In this document: in pieces, positions 59,712-64,000 of the stretch
Position numbering within the stretch: the first letter of the stretch is position 1
How the letters are laid out: every line of letters begins with the position of its first letter
Source of the DNA: Candidatus Xenobia bacterium
GTDB lineage: Bacteria > Vulcanimicrobiota > Xenobia > Xenobiales > QWHO01
Reading direction: 5' to 3'
Length of the DNA: 64,000 bases
Assembly (NCBI GenBank): GCA_045863235.1
Contig: BTUM01000013.1
Location: 32,001-96,000, forward strand
Position numbers and translations under genes: made by a program
The notes under the pieces: model-generated
Databases searched by the model: none
What the model was told of the DNA's origin: nothing
What the model saw: only the letters and a program-made list of their open reading frames with translations

Positions 59712-60124
59712 GCTTTCTGCTGGATACCAACGTCCTCTCCGAGTGGCAGAAAGAGCGTCCCAACGCCGGCGTGGTGCGATGGTTGCACGAAGTGGACGAG
59801 GACCGGGTCTACCTCAGCGTGGTGACCCTGGCTGAGCTTCGGTTCGGAGTCCAGCGACTGGCAGGGGGCAGACGGCGTCAACGGCTGGAAGCCTGGCTCA
59901 CCGATGACTTGCCAGCTCGCTTCGAGGCTCGCCTTCTGGCAGTCGATGCCTCTATCGCCGACGACTGGGGTCGCCTGATGGCCGACCGAGCGGCTAAGGG
60001 GCGCCCTGCTGGCGCCATGGACGGGCTGCTGGGGGCCACTGCGCGAGTCCATTCTTTGACGGTGGTGACGCGCAACAAGGCTCACTTTGCTCCCGATGTC
60101 ACCGTGCACAACCCCTGGACCTGA
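59708..60124 (+). CDS. vapC: VapC PIN-domain toxin
   Basis: FLLDTNVLSE, LAELRFG, DGLLGATA, VTRN..HF, NPW. Confidence 0.92.
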   Translation: MSFLLDTNVLSEWQKERPNAGVVRWLHEVDEDRVYLSVVTLAELRFGVQRLAGGRRRQRLEAWLTDDLPARFEARLLAVDASIADDWGRLMADRAAKGRPAGAMDGLLGATARVHSLTVVTRNKAHFAPDVTVHNPWT

Positions 60125-60191
60125 TTTCAGCATCCTTTCAGCCCGGGTGTGCAAAGTAGGGACGCAAATCTTCCCAGGGGGTCCACCACCA

Positions 60192-60755
60192 ATGCTCGTC
60201 CAGCCCGCCGCTTTCAACCAGCTTCCCGTCCGCGCCAGCGCTTCCAATCCCGCTCCGGCCAACCCGCCGAGCGCGCCGGCCGATGCCATCGATCTGTCGG
60301 GTCTGACCGGCCTTCCCAAGGTGCTTCAGAAGACCGGAGAGGGCCTGGCCAAGATCGGCGGCTGGGGCGGGGCGGCCCTTGGCGCCGGGTTGGGCGTGGT
60401 GGCTCAGGGTGGGCTGAGCGGCGGCTGGTTGATGCCGGCCCTGTCGGCTTTCATCATCGGCACGGATGCGGCCAAGGCCAGGCGTGGCCAGGAGACGCTC
60501 GAGCAGGGCGCCGGCGCGGTGGTCAATGCCTTCCGCAATCGCCAGGAGTTCACCCCCGCTCGCGGGGCTGCCTCGGCCCTGACGGTCTGTGCCTGCGTGG
60601 CCGAGCTGGCTACCGGCTATGCAATCGCCGGATTGCCTGGAATGTTCGTGGCCATGCCGGCCATGCTGGGGACCGCCTTCCTGATGGGACGCGCCGCCGG
60701 GCAGGTGGAGGAAGCCGTCCTGGGTCAGGCCCTCCAGAAGCAGCTTCAGCCCTGA
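60192..60755 (+). CDS. Hypothetical membrane protein with Pro/Ala-rich N-terminus and glycine-zipper-like helices
   Basis: GGWGGAALGAGLG; several hydrophobic segments. Confidence 0.6.
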   Translation: MLVQPAAFNQLPVRASASNPAPANPPSAPADAIDLSGLTGLPKVLQKTGEGLAKIGGWGGAALGAGLGVVAQGGLSGGWLMPALSAFIIGTDAAKARRGQETLEQGAGAVVNAFRNRQEFTPARGAASALTVCACVAELATGYAIAGLPGMFVAMPAMLGTAFLMGRAAGQVEEAVLGQALQKQLQP

Positions 60756-60835
60756 GGAACCCCTCAATTTCTGCTTCCCGCGCGGGCTCCGAACTCCGCC
60801 TGCCCAGTTCGCGGCTGTGCCGGTAAAGTAGCCTG

Positions 60836-61369
60836 CTATTCAGGCAGACGGAAAGAGGCCACCACGTATTCGAAGGCCGCCAGGCTGTCGTTGAGCAGCT
60901 CCGGCTTGCTGTAAAGCGCGATCGTGACCACCCGCCGGGGTGGCACCGCAATGAAGGCCACCTGGCCCGCGAAGCCGCTCTTGCGCAGGGTGGTGAAGGC
61001 AATGACTCTGGCGACAAGACCGCTCTCGGTGTTCAGATCGGGCAGGTCGGAAAACTTCGTAGACGGGCTGTCCACCTTGTAGCTCTGCCGCGCCTGCTCG
61101 ATGTGCTGCTCGAAGGTTTCCTGCTCTCCCAGTGTGCCCCCGTGGGCATAGATCTTCACCTTGGCCGACTTTTCCACCGAGCCGCGCGGATAGATGGCCA
61201 GCTCGCCTCCGGACTCGGCCAGGCTCTCGTCGTCGAAGATCCAGCCCTCGGGCGCCTTCAGGCGGTACTGGTCCTGGTGGAACAGACCCTCGCCGCCTTC
61301 CTCGCGTTTGGCCGGGGCCACCAGGCCCAGGCTCAGGACCAGCAGCAGGGCAACCAGGCGTTCTTTCAT
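60836..61369 (-). CDS. Secreted hypothetical protein (PsbP-like)
   Basis: GGAGG SD; signal peptide; YRLKAPEGW...FEYVVASF. Confidence 0.65.
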   Translation of the reverse strand: MKERLVALLLVLSLGLVAPAKREEGGEGLFHQDQYRLKAPEGWIFDDESLAESGGELAIYPRGSVEKSAKVKIYAHGGTLGEQETFEQHIEQARQSYKVDSPSTKFSDLPDLNTESGLVARVIAFTTLRKSGFAGQVAFIAVPPRRVVTIALYSKPELLNDSLAAFEYVVASFRLPE

Positions 61370-61389
61370 GAGCAATCCCCCCTCCAGCT

Positions 61390-63249
61390 TCAAGGTTGGA
61401 CGTCCTGAGGCAGTGCGTAGAGGGTATCCAGCCTCTTCATCTGGTGCTCGATGATGTCCACCTCCTGGGCGTTCATGTTGATCCGTGCATACAGCTTGAC
61501 CTTGTCGAACGACTTCTGCACCCTCACGAACTCGTCGCGGGTGGTCTCGAGAGTCGCCTTCGGGTCATTCCAGGCCGTCTCGAACTGGCGGGCCTTCTCC
61601 ATGAAGCTGCCCGGCATGTTCGGGCTCATCTGCCACTCGGGCCCGGCCGGCAGAGGCGTGAAGGTGTAGAGGCGCTCAGCGCTCATGCGCAGCCAGCGTG
61701 CCTCGCGGCGCATGTCCTGCAGCTCGATCTGGGCCCAGGCGAGGCAGCTCAACATGAGCACCAGCAGCACGCTCACCCATGCGCGCGAGCGCTCCACCGC
61801 CCGCTTCCAACCTTCGAGCAGGGCCTTGCGGTCGCCCGGTGAGGGCTCAAAGACCCGCTCCACCTGGCGCCGGGCCCCGATCTCCTCGGTGCTGCCGAAT
61901 ACGCCGGCGCCCAGCCCGGCCAGGCAGCCGGCTCCCAGGGCCGTGGACTCGATATGGCGCGGACGTTCCACGGCCACGTCCAGGACGTCAGCTTGAAATT
62001 GCATCAGGAAGTCGTTGGCGCACATCCCTCCGTCCACCCGCAGGCGGGCGGGGGACTGACCGGCGTCGGCGGCCATCGCCTCCACCACGTCGCGGGTCTG
62101 GTAAGCCACCGACTCCAGGGTGGCCCGCACCAGGTGCTCGCGGCGGGTGCCCCGGGTCAGGCCGACCAGCGTCCCCCGGGCGAACGGGTCCCAGTAGGGC
62201 GCGCCGAGCCCGGTGAAGGCCGGGACCAGGTAGACCCCCTGGCTGTCGGCCACCCCTCGAGCCAGCTCTTCGCTCTCGGCGGCCGTCTTGAGCAGGCCCA
62301 GCCCGTCGCGCAGCCACTGCACCGCCGAGCCGGCCGAGAAGACGCTGCCCTCCAGGGCATACTCCACCCCCGCGCTGGTCTGCCAGGCCACCGTGGTCAA
62401 CAGGCGATGCCTGGAGAGCACGGGCTTTGTGCCGGTGTGCTGCACCAGGAAGCAGCCCGTGCCGTAGGTGTTCTTGACCTGACCCGGCTCAAAACAGGCC
62501 TGTCCGAACAGGGCCGCCTGCTGGTCGCCGGCCATGCCCGTGATGGGGATCTCGCGACCCAGAATGCCTCTGGCCATCACCCCGAAGTGCCCAGCGCTGG
62601 GCCGCACCTCGGGGAGGATGCTCATGGGGATCTGCCAGCGCTGGCAGAGATCCTCATCCCACTTCAGGGTGTTCAGGTTGTAGAGCATGGTGCGCGAGGC
62701 GTTGGAAGGCTCGGTGGCGTGGACGCGTCCCTCGGTGAGCTGCCAGAGCAGCCAGGTATCCACTGTGCCGAAGGCGATCGAGCCAGCCTGGCAGCGCTCG
62801 CGCAGGCCCTCGACGTGCTCGAGCATCCAGGCTACCTTGGAGGCTGAGAAGTAGGCGTCAGGGATCAGCCCGGTGCGCCGCTGGATCTCCTCGTCTGGCA
62901 GCTGGCTGCGCCACCCCTCCACGATGTCGGCGCTGCGCCGGCACTGCCAGACAATGGCATGATGCACCGGCAGGCCGGTCTCTCGGTCCCACAGCAGGGT
63001 GGTTTCGCGCTGGTTGGTCAGCCCCAGCGCGGCCACCCGCTCCAGGTCGACCCCCTGCACCACCTCGCGCAGCGTATCCAGGCTGGTCTGCCAGAGGTCT
63101 TCCGGCCGATGGCTGACCCAGCCCGCTCGGGGATAGATCTGCTCGAACTCGCGGTAGGCCCGGGCCAGAATGTCCAGGTTCAGGTCGAGCAGCAAGCAGG
63201 TGGTGCCGGTGGTTCCCTGGTCGAGTGCCAGCAGCAGGTCTTGAGGCAT
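61390..63249 (-). CDS. glpK: Glycerol kinase with an unusual ~120-aa C-terminal extension
   Basis: DQGTT, NQRET, VWQCRR, YFSASK, GDQQAALFGQ, YGTG, GLGAPYW, DGG. Confidence 0.95.
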   Translation of the reverse strand: MPQDLLLALDQGTTGTTCLLLDLNLDILARAYREFEQIYPRAGWVSHRPEDLWQTSLDTLREVVQGVDLERVAALGLTNQRETTLLWDRETGLPVHHAIVWQCRRSADIVEGWRSQLPDEEIQRRTGLIPDAYFSASKVAWMLEHVEGLRERCQAGSIAFGTVDTWLLWQLTEGRVHATEPSNASRTMLYNLNTLKWDEDLCQRWQIPMSILPEVRPSAGHFGVMARGILGREIPITGMAGDQQAALFGQACFEPGQVKNTYGTGCFLVQHTGTKPVLSRHRLLTTVAWQTSAGVEYALEGSVFSAGSAVQWLRDGLGLLKTAAESEELARGVADSQGVYLVPAFTGLGAPYWDPFARGTLVGLTRGTRREHLVRATLESVAYQTRDVVEAMAADAGQSPARLRVDGGMCANDFLMQFQADVLDVAVERPRHIESTALGAGCLAGLGAGVFGSTEEIGARRQVERVFEPSPGDRKALLEGWKRAVERSRAWVSVLLVLMLSCLAWAQIELQDMRREARWLRMSAERLYTFTPLPAGPEWQMSPNMPGSFMEKARQFETAWNDPKATLETTRDEFVRVQKSFDKVKLYARINMNAQEVDIIEHQMKRLDTLYALPQDVQP

Positions 63250-63310
63250 GCCAGAGCCTTTCGAAAAAGGTCCGAGGAATCCATTCCCGCTCCGAGAATC
63301 GTGGCCGGCG

Positions 63311-63832
63311 ATGGTATGGCCGGCTCTCGTGATTGTCCTGGCGATGGTGGTGGCCCTGATCGTCATGGGCCAGCCCCTGTGGTGCGAATGCGGAGCGTGG
63401 GCGCCCTGGTCGGACGACATTCACTCGGTCCACAACTCCCAGCACCTGGTGGACCCCTACTTCTTCACCCACATCCTGCACGGGGTCTTGTTCTATGCCC
63501 TGCTCAAGCTGCTCTGGCCACGCCTGGCATTGGTTCGACGTTTCTGGCTGGCTTTGAGCCTGGAAGCGGTGTGGGAGCTGGTCGAGAACAGCGACATCGT
63601 GGTCGAGCGCTTCCGCCAGACCACCGTCTCGCTGCACTACCACGGCGACAGCATCGCCAACTCGGTGGGGGACCTGCTGGCCTGCGCGGCCGGGTTCGGG
63701 GCGGCGGCCAGTCTGCCCGTTTGGGGCTCGCTGGCCCTGGTTCTGGGCACCGAGCTGATGCTCTATCTGTGGATCAAGGACAGCCTGTTCCTGGTTATCT
63801 GGGCGCTGATTTTTCCCGAGAAGCCTCAGTAG
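63311..63832 (+). CDS. DUF2585 (UPF0314) family membrane protein (start uncertain)
   Basis: MG..LWCECG, NSQHLVDPYFFTHILHG, WELVENS, YHGDSIANS. Confidence 0.85.
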   Translation: MVWPALVIVLAMVVALIVMGQPLWCECGAWAPWSDDIHSVHNSQHLVDPYFFTHILHGVLFYALLKLLWPRLALVRRFWLALSLEAVWELVENSDIVVERFRQTTVSLHYHGDSIANSVGDLLACAAGFGAAASLPVWGSLALVLGTELMLYLWIKDSLFLVIWALIFPEKPQ

Positions 63833-64000
63833 CCGGTCGCATACTGGAAGTGATGGGCGTCGTTGGGGAGCTGCTGGAAACCGTGGCTCTTCAAGATCTC
63901 GGCGATCTGGCGGAATTTCTGCGAGGTCTGGGCGGGCGAGGTCCCAAAGGGATACCGGTCGGCGTTGAGGTCGAAGGAGATGCCCCAGGAATGGGTACTG
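63826..64000 (-). CDS. M15 family metallopeptidase, 3' part (continues beyond the window)
   Basis: STHSWGISFDLN...HGF...DAHHFQY-stop. Confidence 0.75.
   Translation of the reverse strand, partial: STHSWGISFDLNADRYPFGTSPAQTSQKFRQIAEILKSHGFQQLPNDAHHFQYATGY

Noticed and set aside
63247..63250. glpK and DUF2585 ATGs sharing one CATG
   Set aside because: Probably coincidence; the DUF2585 gene more plausibly starts near 63311

Overview
This is a 64-kb, high-GC bacterial chromosomal window. Gene content loosely suggests a Terrabacteria lineage such as Vulcanimicrobiota/Eremiobacterota, which is an unverified inference. The backbone carries coaD, a eukaryote-type UDP-glucose pyrophosphorylase, trpF/trpB/trpA/aroF, three minor type IV pilin genes, two divergent citrate-synthase-family genes, PBP1A, an ABC importer, glpK, two Ser/Thr kinases, a diguanylate cyclase and two vapBC modules. 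A 10.8-kb tyrosine-integrase element sits at the 3' end of aroF, bounded by a 13-bp direct repeat. It looks like a deleted, decaying prophage: frameshifted integrase, Xre-ImmA peptidase plus PIN pair, repressor, a giant broken polyvalent-type protein, a holin-like gene and an amidase. The most striking signal is missed by the ORF track: a secreted protein with an in-frame TGA in a C-P-V-U motif, followed by a SECIS-like hairpin (31876-32412), probably an unannotated selenoprotein. Also notable are a structured ~215-nt leader/ncRNA, a repeated intergenic hairpin, two probable CTG starts, several leaderless promoters, a caleosin-TspO pair and a GlpK with a C-terminal extension. No rRNA, tRNA or CRISPR array was recognised. 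All family calls come from motif recognition by eye; no searches were run.
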